64,000 bases of DNA from a bacterium (GTDB lineage: Bacteria > Joyebacterota > Joyebacteria > Joyebacterales > Joyebacteraceae), in the NCBI GenBank assembly GCA_025774245.1, contig JALGWI010000012.1, positions 10,230 through 74,229 on the forward strand, written 5' to 3'. Below are positions 45,832 through 54,105 of this stretch, piece by piece. The notes under the pieces are model-generated. The model was not told the DNA's origin and searched no databases. It worked only from the letters and a program-made list of their open reading frames with translations. The position numbers and the translations under genes were made by a program. The stretch's first letter is position 1, and the number at the start of each line of letters is the position of its first letter.

Positions 45832-47086
45832 CGGCGTCTCGCTTCCACCCAAGCTCGGCGACGGCCCGCGACAGAACGACGTCGGCGAGCTCCGCCTTGG
45901 TCACCTTCCCGACGCTCTCCTCGCGCCCCGAACGGCCGAGGATCGTCGCCACGTTCGTCTCGCACTCGAAGCCGGCGCCCTCGACCGTCGCGTCGTTCGC
46001 CACGATGAGGTCGAGGTCCTTCGCCTCGAGCTTCTTCCTCGCGTTCGCGATCACGTCGTCCGTCTCGAGCGCGAACCCGACGACACCCTGCCCCTCGCGC
46101 TTCGCGCCCGCGACACCCTCGAGGATGTCGTCGGTGCGCACGAGCTCGAAGGTCAGCCGCTCCCACTGTTTCTTGATCTTGCGGTCGGAGACCTCGGCGG
46201 GCCTGTAGTCGGCGGGCGCCGCCGCCATGACGAGGAGGTCGAGATCCGGAAGCTCCGCCATCACGGCGTCCTTCATCTCGCTCGTCGTGCCGACGGACAC
46301 GAACCTCACGCCCGCGGGCGGATCGAGAAACGTCCGTCCCGACACGAGCACGACGTCGGCGCCGCGCCGCGCCGCGCGCTCCGCGAGGGCGAAGCCCATC
46401 CTGCCGGTCGACCTGTTCCCGATGTGACGGATCGGATCGAGCGGCTCCTCCGTCGGCCCCGCAGTCACGACGACGCGCCTGCCCGCGAGGTCCTGCTCGG
46501 GCAGCAGGAGCTCCAGGGCGCGGTCCGCGATCAGGTCGGGGTCGGCGAGCCTTCCGCGTCCGACGGCCCCGCTCGCGAGCCTCCCGACGTCGGGCTCGAC
46601 CACGATCACGCCGCGGTCCTTCAGGATCTCGAGGTTTCTGGCTACGGCGTCGGACTCCATCATGCGGACGTTCATCGCGGGCGCGACGACGATCGGGCAG
46701 ATCATGGCCATGAGCTCGGTCGAGAGGAAGTCGTCAGCGATGCCGCCGGCCATCTTCCCGATGATGTTCGCCGTCGCGGGCGCGACGATCGCGAGGTCGG
46801 CCGCCTCGGAGAGGTGCACGTGCTTGAGCCTGTCGGCGTCGGCGAGCGTCTCCTCGGGACTCGCGACGCCCACCTTCTTCTCCGGCCACATGCTGACGAT
46901 GACCTCGGTGCCCGAGAGCGTCTCGAAGGTCAGGGGCGTCACAAACCGAGTGGCGTTCTCGGTCATCACCACGACGACGCTCGCCCCGAACGAGGCGAGC
47001 CGCGTCACGATATGTGGTGCCTTGAAGGCAGCTATGCTGCCGGTCACGCCGAGGACGATCTTCCTGCCAGCCAGCGGGTTGCCCAT
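45824..47086 (-). CDS. coaBC: bifunctional phosphopantothenoylcysteine decarboxylase / phosphopantothenate--cysteine ligase
   Basis: KIVLGVTGSIAAFKAP, APAMNVRM, ITNRSTG-like IGNRSTGRMG, VGFALET. Confidence 0.95.
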   Translation of the reverse strand: MGNPLAGRKIVLGVTGSIAAFKAPHIVTRLASFGASVVVVMTENATRFVTPLTFETLSGTEVIVSMWPEKKVGVASPEETLADADRLKHVHLSEAADLAIVAPATANIIGKMAGGIADDFLSTELMAMICPIVVAPAMNVRMMESDAVARNLEILKDRGVIVVEPDVGRLASGAVGRGRLADPDLIADRALELLLPEQDLAGRRVVVTAGPTEEPLDPIRHIGNRSTGRMGFALAERAARRGADVVLVSGRTFLDPPAGVRFVSVGTTSEMKDAVMAELPDLDLLVMAAAPADYRPAEVSDRKIKKQWERLTFELVRTDDILEGVAGAKREGQGVVGFALETDDVIANARKKLEAKDLDLIVANDATVEGAGFECETNVATILGRSGREESVGKVTKAELADVVLSRAVAELGWKRDADG

Positions 47087-47108
47087 CGCGAGCCCGTCCT
47101 CCGGGGAA

Positions 47109-47339
47109 CTACTTCTCCGCCTCTTCGCCTTCCGGCTCCTCTTCCGGCTCTTCGATCTCGTACTCCACCACGCCGTCCGTGATCAGCTCCAGGGCGAGCG
47201 ACGTGACCTTCGCCTCCGGGTCGGCCCGGTCGGCCGGCTCCATGGAGTGGAGCCTTCTGGCGACCTTCGCCGCGAGCATGGCGCCGAGGTACTCGTTCTT
47301 CGCGTATTTCAGGAGCGATCTCTTGTCCAACTGTTTCAT
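47109..47339 (-). CDS. rpoZ: DNA-directed RNA polymerase subunit omega
   Basis: 76 aa. NEYLGAMLAAKVARRL core and acidic tail. Conserved position between gmk and coaBC. Confidence 0.75.
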   Translation of the reverse strand: MKQLDKRSLLKYAKNEYLGAMLAAKVARRLHSMEPADRADPEAKVTSLALELITDGVVEYEIEEPEEEPEGEEAEK

Positions 47340-47386
47340 GTCAGCTCTCCCCTCGTGTGTGATGGAAGATGTCGCGATGGAGTCGT

Positions 47387-47974
47387 CTATTCGAACGCGA
47401 TCCGCGAGGTCCTCAACCTCTCGGCCGCGACGATCGTCTTCGCGTTACGGACGGCGTCGTCGAGAACGTCGTTCACGACGACGTAGTCGTACTTCGGCGC
47501 CCACTTCAGTTCCTCGAGGCTGTTCTTGAGCCTCGTCTTGATCACCTGCTCGTCGTCGGTCGCCCTCTTCCGGAGCCGCGATTCGAGCGCCTCGGGCGAA
47601 GGGGGAAGAACGAAAATGAGGACGCTGTCCGCGTAGAGCCGCTTGATCGACATGCCGCCCTGCACGTCGAGGTCCATGACCACGTCGAGCCCCGACGAGA
47701 CGGCCTCGTCGATCACGCTCTTCCGCGTTCCGTACCGGTGGCCGTGCACCACGGCCCACTCCGCCAGCTGGCCCATCATCGTGAGGGCGTCGAAGGTCGC
47801 CTCGGAGACGAACTCGTAGTCCTGCCCGGTGGTCTCGCCGGGTCGGATGGGCCGCGTGGTCGCGGAGATCGAGTAGGTCGTCGCCGAATCCTCCGCGAGG
47901 AGCCGGCGGCAGATCGACGTCTTGCCGACACCCGACGGGCCGGATATGACGATGGGAAAGGCCGTGCGCTTCAC
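47387..47974 (-). CDS. gmk: guanylate kinase
   Basis: VISGPSGVGKTSI, SATTRPIRPGE..GQDYEFV. GTG start with GGAG upstream. Confidence 0.95.
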   Translation of the reverse strand: MKRTAFPIVISGPSGVGKTSICRRLLAEDSATTYSISATTRPIRPGETTGQDYEFVSEATFDALTMMGQLAEWAVVHGHRYGTRKSVIDEAVSSGLDVVMDLDVQGGMSIKRLYADSVLIFVLPPSPEALESRLRKRATDDEQVIKTRLKNSLEELKWAPKYDYVVVNDVLDDAVRNAKTIVAAERLRTSRIAFE

Positions 47975-48010
47975 AGTCTGCTCCGGGGGCGCGTCGTGCC
48001 CCTCGAACGT

Positions 48011-48271
48011 CTACGATTCGGGATGGTCGTCGCGGCCCTCGAGCCTCTGGGTGATGGTCTCGGCCGCAACGGCGGAGAGGATCACGTGGTCGCTGTCGGT
48101 CACGATGACCGCGCGGGTCCTTCGACCCTGGGTAGCGTCCACGAGCTTGCCGGCCTTCTTGGCGTTGTCCTTGAGGCGCTTGACCGGCGCCGATCCGGGC
48201 GTGACGATGGCAACGACCCGATGCGAGGCCACAACGTTCCCGAAACCGATGTTGAGAAGAACGCTGTTCAA
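48011..48271 (-). CDS. remA: RemA/DUF370 family protein
   Basis: 86 aa. [29 protein letters not shown]...[23 protein letters not shown] start with AGGAGG 6 nt upstream. Confidence 0.85.
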   Translation of the reverse strand: MNSVLLNIGFGNVVASHRVVAIVTPGSAPVKRLKDNAKKAGKLVDATQGRRTRAVIVTDSDHVILSAVAAETITQRLEGRDDHPES

Positions 48272-48328
48272 CCCGGACCTCCTGATAAGGTCGCGTATCT
48301 CCGAGCGGCGTCCGCGAACGCTCCGCGA

Positions 48329-49207
48329 TCACTCCACGTTCTGGATCTGCTCGCGGACCTTCTCGATCTCTTCTTTGAGATTCACGACCGTGCTCGACAC
48401 GCCCACGTCGGCGGTCTTGGAACCGATCGTGTTCGCCTCGCGGTGCATCTCCTGCACGAGGAAGTTGAGCCTCTTCCCCACGGGCTCGCCGGACGAGAGC
48501 GTCTCGTTCGCGTGCGAGAGGTGGGCCCTCAATCGCACGATCTCCTCGGTGAAGTCGGAGCGCTCCGCCGCGATCGCGAGCTCCTGGGCGAGCCGCGTCT
48601 CGTCGACCGGCACCGTCTCGTCGAGGAGCGCGCGGATCTTCTCGGTCTGCCGCTGCCTCAATGCCGCGGTCGCTTCGGGCACCGCGGCCTCGATGTCCGC
48701 CACGATGTCCGCGATCGTCCCAAGGCGTCCGGAGAGATCGTCGTTGAGCTTCCCGCCCTCGGCCTCCCTCATGGCCACGAGCTCGTCCAGGGCAATCGCC
48801 AGGACCGGCTCGAACGCCGCCCAGACGGCTTCGGCCTCGGGCGTCTCGCCGTCGGACTCGAAGAGCTGGGGGAAGCGCGAGAGCGTGGCGAGGTCGACGT
48901 CGCCGGGGAGGTAGAGCGCGTCCTTGAGTCCCCGAAGCTCCTTGACGAGCTTCGCCGCCGCGCCCGGGTTCAGCGTCGTCGCCGCCGCCTCACCCTGATT
49001 CCGCCACTCGACGTAGACGGTCACCCGTCCTCGGGCCAGCCTCGACTCGATCGCCTGTCTCAGCTTGTCCTCGATCTTGAGAAGGACCCGCGGAGCCTTG
49101 ATCTGGATGTCGAGGAATCGCTGGTTCACCGACTTGAGCTCGACCCGGATGCGCTGCCCACCATCGGTCCGTTCCGAGCTGCCGTATCCGGTCATGCTCC
49201 TGAGCAC
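48329..49207 (-). CDS. yicC: YicC family stress-induced protein
   Basis: Canonical N-terminus (V)LRSMTGYG from the GTG at 49207, with AGGAGG upstream. KSVNQRFLDIQIK, C-terminal EMHREANTIGSK...EEIEKVREQIQNVE. The upstream ~120 codons of the track ORF are spurious. Confidence 0.85.
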   Translation of the reverse strand: MLRSMTGYGSSERTDGGQRIRVELKSVNQRFLDIQIKAPRVLLKIEDKLRQAIESRLARGRVTVYVEWRNQGEAAATTLNPGAAAKLVKELRGLKDALYLPGDVDLATLSRFPQLFESDGETPEAEAVWAAFEPVLAIALDELVAMREAEGGKLNDDLSGRLGTIADIVADIEAAVPEATAALRQRQTEKIRALLDETVPVDETRLAQELAIAAERSDFTEEIVRLRAHLSHANETLSSGEPVGKRLNFLVQEMHREANTIGSKTADVGVSSTVVNLKEEIEKVREQIQNVE

Positions 49208-49237
49208 GGGCACCCTCCTGTTCTGGGATGAACTGAT

Positions 49238-49266
49238 ACTATACCTCCCTGGCGGCCGAAGGTCAA
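49238..49266 (-). promoter_or_regulatory. sigma-70 type promoter candidate for yicC operon (TTGACC-N17-TATAGT)
   Basis: Minus strand: -35 TTGACC (49266-49261), 17-nt spacer, -10 TATAGT (49243-49238). It lies ~30 nt upstream of the yicC GTG. Confidence 0.55.
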
Positions 49267-49319
49267 CGATATCGACAGATTCGCAGAGCTTTTGCGTGCT
49301 ATCCAGCGATGTCGGACGA

Positions 49320-49348
49320 TTGACCGTGCTCCGGGCGACCGCTATACT
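49320..49348 (+). promoter_or_regulatory. sigma-70 type promoter candidate for the NFACT gene (TTGACC-N17-TATACT)
   Basis: Plus strand: -35 TTGACC (49320-49325), 17-nt spacer, -10 TATACT (49343-49348). Confidence 0.55.
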
Positions 49349-49387
49349 GCCGTCGGGTACCGAATCCCCCACCATCCGGAGACTCCC

Positions 49388-50824
49388 TTGGACGCCGACG
49401 TCGCACGGAGGATCGTCGCCGAGATCGCCCCCCGCGCGGAGGGCGCGAGGATCGTCGGCGGGCACCTCGCCGCCCGGGACTGCCTCGTCCTCGATCTCGG
49501 CGGGAAGCTCGGTCACCTCGTCTTCTCGACGATGCGCGCCCTGCCGCTCGTCGTGATGACGGAGCACGGCGAGGGCGTGCCGCCGGCGCGTGCGGACATC
49601 GGCGACGGGCTCGCGCGCGAGCTCCGCGGCGCCACGATCACGTCACTCGCGGCGCGCGAGGACGGGACGACGATCGACCTCTTCCTCGAGAGGACCGACC
49701 CGGCGGGACGGACCGCCCGGCGCGTCCTCACGGTCAACCTGGGGAGGGAGCCGGGATGGAACCTCAGGGACGCCGGGGAACCCCGGGAACCCGCAGAGCC
49801 CACCTCCCCGCGCGCGGAGACGCTGTCGCCCGAGGGCGGCGCGGCCGTCCGCACGTGGCACGACGGATCGGGACGCCTCCACGTCAGGATCGGCCCCGAC
49901 GAGCCCGGCGGAGACGACCGGGAGGCGCGCGCGTTCGAGTCGTACAACGAGGCCGCCCGGTTCGCGTTCGCTGAGTGCTGGAGCCCGCTCGACCTCGAGC
50001 GTCGTCGCGGCGCCGTGACGAAGGCGATCCGCCGCAAGCTCAGACGCAAGCGTCGGGCGGCCGACAAGGTCCGGGCAGAGATCGAGGGCGCGCGCCGGGC
50101 GGGCGAGTACCGCGCGAAGGCCCAGCTCCTCCTCACGAGGAAGGACCAGATCCCCCGCGGCCGCACGCCGGTCGAGGTGCTCGACTTCGACAACACCACC
50201 ACAGTGACGATCGACATCGATCCGGCGCTCGACGTGGCGCGGAACGCCGACGCTCTCTTCCGCCGGGCCAAGAAGGCCGAGCGACGCGCCGAGCGCGCGC
50301 CCTCGCGGCTGGGCGAGCTCGAGGAGATGGTCCGGAAGCTCGAGGAGGCCGAGGCCGCCGCGGGCGAAGCGGCGGGCAACGAGCTCGCTCGCCTCGAGGC
50401 GGAGTTCCTGCCGCCGCGCGAGACCCGCGCGCCGCGGCAGGCCGAGAAGACCGAGCGCGCCCGGTACAGGACGTACGTCGTCTCGGGCGGGTGGGAGGTC
50501 CTCGTCGGGAAATCGAACCGCGACAACGACGTCCTCTCGCACAAGATCGCGAGGCCGAACGACCTCTGGTTCCACGCGCGCCAGGTGGCGGGCTCGCACG
50601 TCGTCTTGAGGCGCGCCGGAAGGAAGGAAGAACCGGACAAGCGGGCGATCCTCGAGACCGCCGCGATCGCCGCCTACCACAGCAAGGCGGGCCGTTCGTC
50701 GAAGACGTCCGTCTGCTACACGGAGAGGCGCCACGTAAGAAAACCGCGAGGCGCCAAACCCGGCCTCGCGGTCGTCAGTCGTGAAAAGGTCGTGATGGTC
50801 AAACCGAAGCTGCCGGAGACGTAG
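49388..50824 (+). CDS. NFACT family protein (FbpA/RqcH-like, with DUF814/NFACT-R domain)
   Basis: C-terminal block YRTYVVSGGWEVLVGKSNRDNDVLSHKIARPNDLWFHARQVAGSHVVL...AAYHSKA is the DUF814 signature. Coiled-coil middle region. The in-frame TTG at 49388 has GGAGA 5 nt upstream and lies downstream of the promoter. The track ATG at 49292 lies upstream of that promoter. Confidence 0.75.
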   Translation: MDADVARRIVAEIAPRAEGARIVGGHLAARDCLVLDLGGKLGHLVFSTMRALPLVVMTEHGEGVPPARADIGDGLARELRGATITSLAAREDGTTIDLFLERTDPAGRTARRVLTVNLGREPGWNLRDAGEPREPAEPTSPRAETLSPEGGAAVRTWHDGSGRLHVRIGPDEPGGDDREARAFESYNEAARFAFAECWSPLDLERRRGAVTKAIRRKLRRKRRAADKVRAEIEGARRAGEYRAKAQLLLTRKDQIPRGRTPVEVLDFDNTTTVTIDIDPALDVARNADALFRRAKKAERRAERAPSRLGELEEMVRKLEEAEAAAGEAAGNELARLEAEFLPPRETRAPRQAEKTERARYRTYVVSGGWEVLVGKSNRDNDVLSHKIARPNDLWFHARQVAGSHVVLRRAGRKEEPDKRAILETAAIAAYHSKAGRSSKTSVCYTERRHVRKPRGAKPGLAVVSREKVVMVKPKLPET

Positions 50825-50883
50825 CGCCGGGCTTCGTTCCGCCGCCGTCGCGGCGCCGCCGTGCGCGACCGCAGCCGCGCCGC

Positions 50884-51327
50884 CTACCCCGCCGCGGTCT
50901 TCTCGGGCGTGGCCTTCCCCTCCGTCGTCTCCCCCGCCGGAACGAAATCGAGCGACACGGAGTTGATGCAGTACCGGAGCCCCGTCGGCTTCGGGCCGTC
51001 GTCGAACACGTGACCGAGGTGGCCGCCACACCGGGCGCACGTCACCTCGGTCCTCTCGCCCAGGGTCGCCAGTTGCGGGGCCGTCTCGAGCGCATCGTCG
51101 GAGACGGCCGCCCAGAAGCTCGGCCAGCCCGAGCCCGAGTCGAACTTGGTGTCGGAGCGGAAAAGCCGGTTCCCACAGGCGACGCACGCGTACACGCCGT
51201 CCCCGTCGAACCGGTAGAACTTGCCTGAGTCGGGCTGCTCCGTCTCCTTCTCACGGAGAGTGGAGTACTGCTCCGGCGTCAGAAGCTCCTTCCACTCCTC
51301 TTCGGTCTTCCGAATCTTCTCGGGCAT
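50884..51327 (-). CDS. msrB: peptide-methionine (R)-S-oxide reductase
   Basis: ATG at 51327 is preceded by GGGGGGA. CVACGNRLF, GWPSF, CARCGGHLGHVFDDGP, RYCINS. Confidence 0.9.
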   Translation of the reverse strand: MPEKIRKTEEEWKELLTPEQYSTLREKETEQPDSGKFYRFDGDGVYACVACGNRLFRSDTKFDSGSGWPSFWAAVSDDALETAPQLATLGERTEVTCARCGGHLGHVFDDGPKPTGLRYCINSVSLDFVPAGETTEGKATPEKTAAG

Positions 51328-51460
51328 CGTCGATCCCCCCTGGGTCGCGACTGGTGGTGTACGAGTCCGCGACGACGTCGCCCAACTCATCGTCCGACAC
51401 GATCTGATCTTCCCATTCGCCCACCGGGACCCCCGGTACTGGGCACGAGCCGTACATGCT

Positions 51461-51523
51461 TCAGCAGCCGGCCAGGAAGAAACAGCCAAGGAGCAGAGCA
51501 GCTCCGAGAATCCTAGCGATCAT
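51461..51523 (-). CDS. 20-codon ORF encoding only a lipoprotein-type signal peptide, ending at an in-frame TGA (possible interrupted or selenoprotein gene)
   Basis: My translation: ATG at 51523 (GGGAG upstream) gives MIARILGAALLLGCFFLAGC, then TGA (51463-51461). The same frame continues as AGC ATG into the 68-codon track ORF 51251-51457. Confidence 0.3.
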   Translation of the reverse strand: MIARILGAALLLGCFFLAGC

Positions 51524-51580
51524 CACGCACTCCCTGAGGTGAGGGATTTCGTTCTGCGAACGCTACGATTCTCGCTTCAG

Positions 51581-51596
51581 TGCACCAACTGTGCCG
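51581..51596 (-). promoter_or_regulatory. sigma-54-like -24/-12 element (weaker match)
   Basis: Minus strand reads CGGCACAGTTGGTGCA. GG-N10-GC spacing is correct, but position 1 is C instead of T. It lies ~58 nt upstream of the ATG at 51523. Confidence 0.35.
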
Positions 51597-51688
51597 GATG
51601 TCATTATATTACAGAGAACCGTGCCTCGAGCGCCGGGAAGAACCCTACTTGTTGGGGCCTTCCTGGGGCGCCCGTGTTGTGGCTACCT

Positions 51689-51717
51689 ATTCTAAGGACC
51701 AGAGTGGGGCGGGTCAA
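51689..51717 (-). promoter_or_regulatory. sigma-70 type promoter candidate (TTGACC-N17-TAGAAT)
   Basis: Minus strand: -35 TTGACC (51717-51712), 17-nt spacer, -10 TAGAAT (51694-51689). It overlaps the stop of the DUF374 gene and lies ~165 nt upstream of the small ORF and msrB. Confidence 0.5.
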
Positions 51718-52454
51718 ACCGGATCGGCAGGTTCCACGGGTGGGCGACCGTCGGGGGCCCTTCCCACCTCCCGGTCGGCGGCGTCGGTCGCCTCGCAGAT
51801 GATACGGTCGAGTTCCTCCGTGGTGATGGTCCCCTCGGCGGCCCCGGGGACCGGTGCCCCGAACGAGACGTAGCACCGGGAGAACGGGAGGGGAATGAGG
51901 TAGCGGTCCCACGTGTTCGGGACGATCCAGCTTCGGGCAGCGCTCGTCCCCACCGGGACGATCGAGCAGCCGAGCGTCTTCGCCAGGAGGAGGATCCCCG
52001 GCTTCGTCCGCAGGGGCGGCCCCGTCGGCCCGTCGAGCGCGAAGCCGCCGGCGTGCCCGTCCTCCATCGCCCGCTTCATCCGGGCGAGCGCCTGACCCGC
52101 GGCCCGTCGCGTCGAGCCGCGGACCGGGAGGAAGCCGACCTTCGCGAGGAGCTTCGCCTGGATCTCGCCGGCCCAGCTCAGGTCGGTGAGAACGACGACG
52201 CCCTGCTTGCTGAGGACCGACATGAGGAGATAGTAGCGGCCGTGCCAGAACGCGTAGATGACCTTCGACGGAGCGAGCTTCTCGACCTCGGGGTGCATGT
52301 ACGTGCGGACCCTGAGCGTCCGGTAGTGCGCGACGAGCACGAGCTTCGCAAGCGACGCGAGCGCGTCTATGAACCTGTCCGAGCGCGTGATCCTGCGCCT
52401 GAACTCCTTCATGCGCGAGCGGATGCTCGGGCGCTTCGTCTCGGATGCCGCCAT
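51714..52454 (-). CDS. DUF374 domain protein (lysophospholipid-acyltransferase-like superfamily)
   Basis: ATG at 52454. Blocks: VIYAFWHGRYYLL, SWAGEIQAKLLAKVGFLPVRGS, GGFALDGPTGPPLRTKPGILLLAKTLGCSIVPV. Confidence 0.7.
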   Translation of the reverse strand: MAASETKRPSIRSRMKEFRRRITRSDRFIDALASLAKLVLVAHYRTLRVRTYMHPEVEKLAPSKVIYAFWHGRYYLLMSVLSKQGVVVLTDLSWAGEIQAKLLAKVGFLPVRGSTRRAAGQALARMKRAMEDGHAGGFALDGPTGPPLRTKPGILLLAKTLGCSIVPVGTSAARSWIVPNTWDRYLIPLPFSRCYVSFGAPVPGAAEGTITTEELDRIICEATDAADREVGRAPDGRPPVEPADPV

Positions 52455-52528
52455 GCATTCCCCGAACCGGTTCGTGTCGTACGCCGTCGCGCGCTCCGCG
52501 ATCGGCCTCTGGTCGCGCGGGTCTCGAC

Positions 52529-53707
52529 TCACCTGATCTTGTAGGTGAGACACCAGTAGTACGTGGAGAGCCTGATGTCCGGGGAGACGGTGACCGGGGC
52601 GACCGCCTGCCGGAGTTCCTCCTCCGTCGGGAAGTTCTTGAGGACGAGGAACTCGGAGCCGTCCTCGAGTTGCCGGGCCTGGTAGGTGTTCCCGTGCTCG
52701 TCGCAGAACGAGAGAGGCGTGCTCTCCCCTTCCACGTAGCGATTGTCGAAGAAGACCACGCGTCCGTCCTTCCCCAGCCGCTCGTGCAGCCGACCGAGGA
52801 AGGTCCCGAGTTCCTGCCGCGGAACGTGCGACCACCAGAACGCCCCGAGTACCGCCGTGAACGATCCGTCGAGGTTGTGCGTCTCGTAGGCGTCCGCGAC
52901 GGCGAAGCGCACGCGGTCGCTGCCGCCCACCCGGACCTCGGCGATCTCGGTCAGGGCGGGAGAGAGATCGGTCGCGACGACCGACCGCGCGATCGGAGCG
53001 ACGACGTCGGTCCAGTACCCCGTGCCGCACGCGATCTCGAGAACGTCGTGGCCCGCGAGCGTCCTTCTCACGATCCGCCGGAGCTCCGCGAGGGCGCTCT
53101 GGCGCCTCGGCCGTTCGTAGATGCGGTCGTACTCGGAAGCGCGACGCTCGTAGTACTCGACGATGTCGCTCCTGCGGTCTCCGGTCCTCGATCCGACGGG
53201 AAGGCCCGCCGGCCGCTCGTCCTCAGTGCCGGTGTCCGCACCCGCGCCCGCGCCGGCGTCCGCACCCGCACCGGTGTCCGCGCCCGCGTTCGCACCCGCA
53301 CCCGTATCCGCGCCCGCGCCGACACTGGCTCCGACACTCGCGCCCGCGCGCGCGCCGTCCTGGATGACCTCGAGGACGAGCCCGTCGGGATCGCGTACGA
53401 ACGCGGTCTCGTTGCCCGGGATCCACTGCGACTCGAACTCCACGCCGTGACTCATGAGGTGCTCGACCGCGCCGCCGATGTCGTCGACGATGAGGTCGAC
53501 GGAGAACGACGGGGTCGCGCAGTAGGGCGTCCGGTCGCCCGCCGTCCTCGCGACGGGAAGGAGCAGGAACGCCGTCTCCCCGAGGCGCATGTGGTACGCG
53601 TCGCCCTCGCGACCGACGACCTCGAGGCCCAGCACGTCGCGATAGAACCTGAGCGACCGCTCAAGGTCGGTGCATATCACGTTGATCTCGCCTATCGAGA
53701 ATCGCAT
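52529..53707 (-). CDS. fusion protein: glyoxalase/VOC domain, Gly/Ala-rich linker, class I SAM-dependent methyltransferase
   Basis: ATG at 53707 is preceded by GGGGGAGG. VOC: MRFSIGEINVICTDLERSLRFYRDVLGLEVV...FVRDPDGLVLEVIQ. Linker spans aa 118-160. MT: VLEIACGTGYWT (motif I), AVLGAFWWSHV. Confidence 0.75.
   Translation of the reverse strand: MRFSIGEINVICTDLERSLRFYRDVLGLEVVGREGDAYHMRLGETAFLLLPVARTAGDRTPYCATPSFSVDLIVDDIGGAVEHLMSHGVEFESQWIPGNETAFVRDPDGLVLEVIQDGARAGASVGASVGAGADTGAGANAGADTGAGADAGAGAGADTGTEDERPAGLPVGSRTGDRRSDIVEYYERRASEYDRIYERPRRQSALAELRRIVRRTLAGHDVLEIACGTGYWTDVVAPIARSVVATDLSPALTEIAEVRVGGSDRVRFAVADAYETHNLDGSFTAVLGAFWWSHVPRQELGTFLGRLHERLGKDGRVVFFDNRYVEGESTPLSFCDEHGNTYQARQLEDGSEFLVLKNFPTEEELRQAVAPVTVSPDIRLSTYYWCLTYKIR
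53228..53356. repeat. imperfect short tandem repeats encoding a Gly/Ala low-complexity linker
   Basis: Encodes GARAGASVGASVGAGADTGAGANAGADTGAGADAGAGAGADTG. The DNA is reiterated GCACCCGCACC(G/C)GT(G/A)TCCGCGCCCGCG-type units. Confidence 0.7.
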
Positions 53708-53733
53708 GGACCTCCCCCGAGCAGTCGTGTTCC

Positions 53734-54066
53734 TCACTTCGCCGGCGGCTCGTACCGCTCGTAGTATCCGATCACGTTTCCGTCGGTGCCGCGGACGGCG
53801 CGCATGTAGATGCGGTGCTTCTCGTTGTCGGTGATGATCCGTTCGTCCTCGCCCGCGCGCAGTGCCTCCAGGACCTCCAGGATGATCTCGCACGAACGCT
53901 CGTTGTGGCAATCGAGAATCGAAGTGCCGAGGAGAGCGGCGCCGGCCTCGTAGTGGGCGACGGCGGCCTGGTTCATGTAGACGATCTCGTGGGTCGATGC
54001 GTCGGCCGCGAGGATCGGGTCCTCGAGGCCGTCGAGGATCGCTGCCAAGAACGTTGCGTCGACCAT
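53734..54066 (-). CDS. small stand-alone PAS-like domain protein
   Basis: 110 aa. FLAAILDGLEDPILAADASTHEIVYMNQAAVAHY...NVIGYYERY matches PAS fold topology. GGGAGGGAG precedes the ATG. Confidence 0.55.
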   Translation of the reverse strand: MVDATFLAAILDGLEDPILAADASTHEIVYMNQAAVAHYEAGAALLGTSILDCHNERSCEIILEVLEALRAGEDERIITDNEKHRIYMRAVRGTDGNVIGYYERYEPPAK

Positions 54067-54105
54067 GTTGTCTCCCTCCCGGGGCTGCGACCTGCGCTTC
54101 CCGCC

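Noticed and set aside
50825-50883. Bidirectional terminator between the convergent NFACT and msrB genes
   Set aside because: Only a 7-bp stem (GCGGCGC...GCGCCGC) with a ~20-nt loop and no T-tract is present. That is too weak to call.
53228-53356. Short tandem repeats as a CRISPR array or non-coding satellite
   Set aside because: The units are irregular, contiguous (no spacers), and in frame within a well-supported ORF. They encode a Gly/Ala linker.
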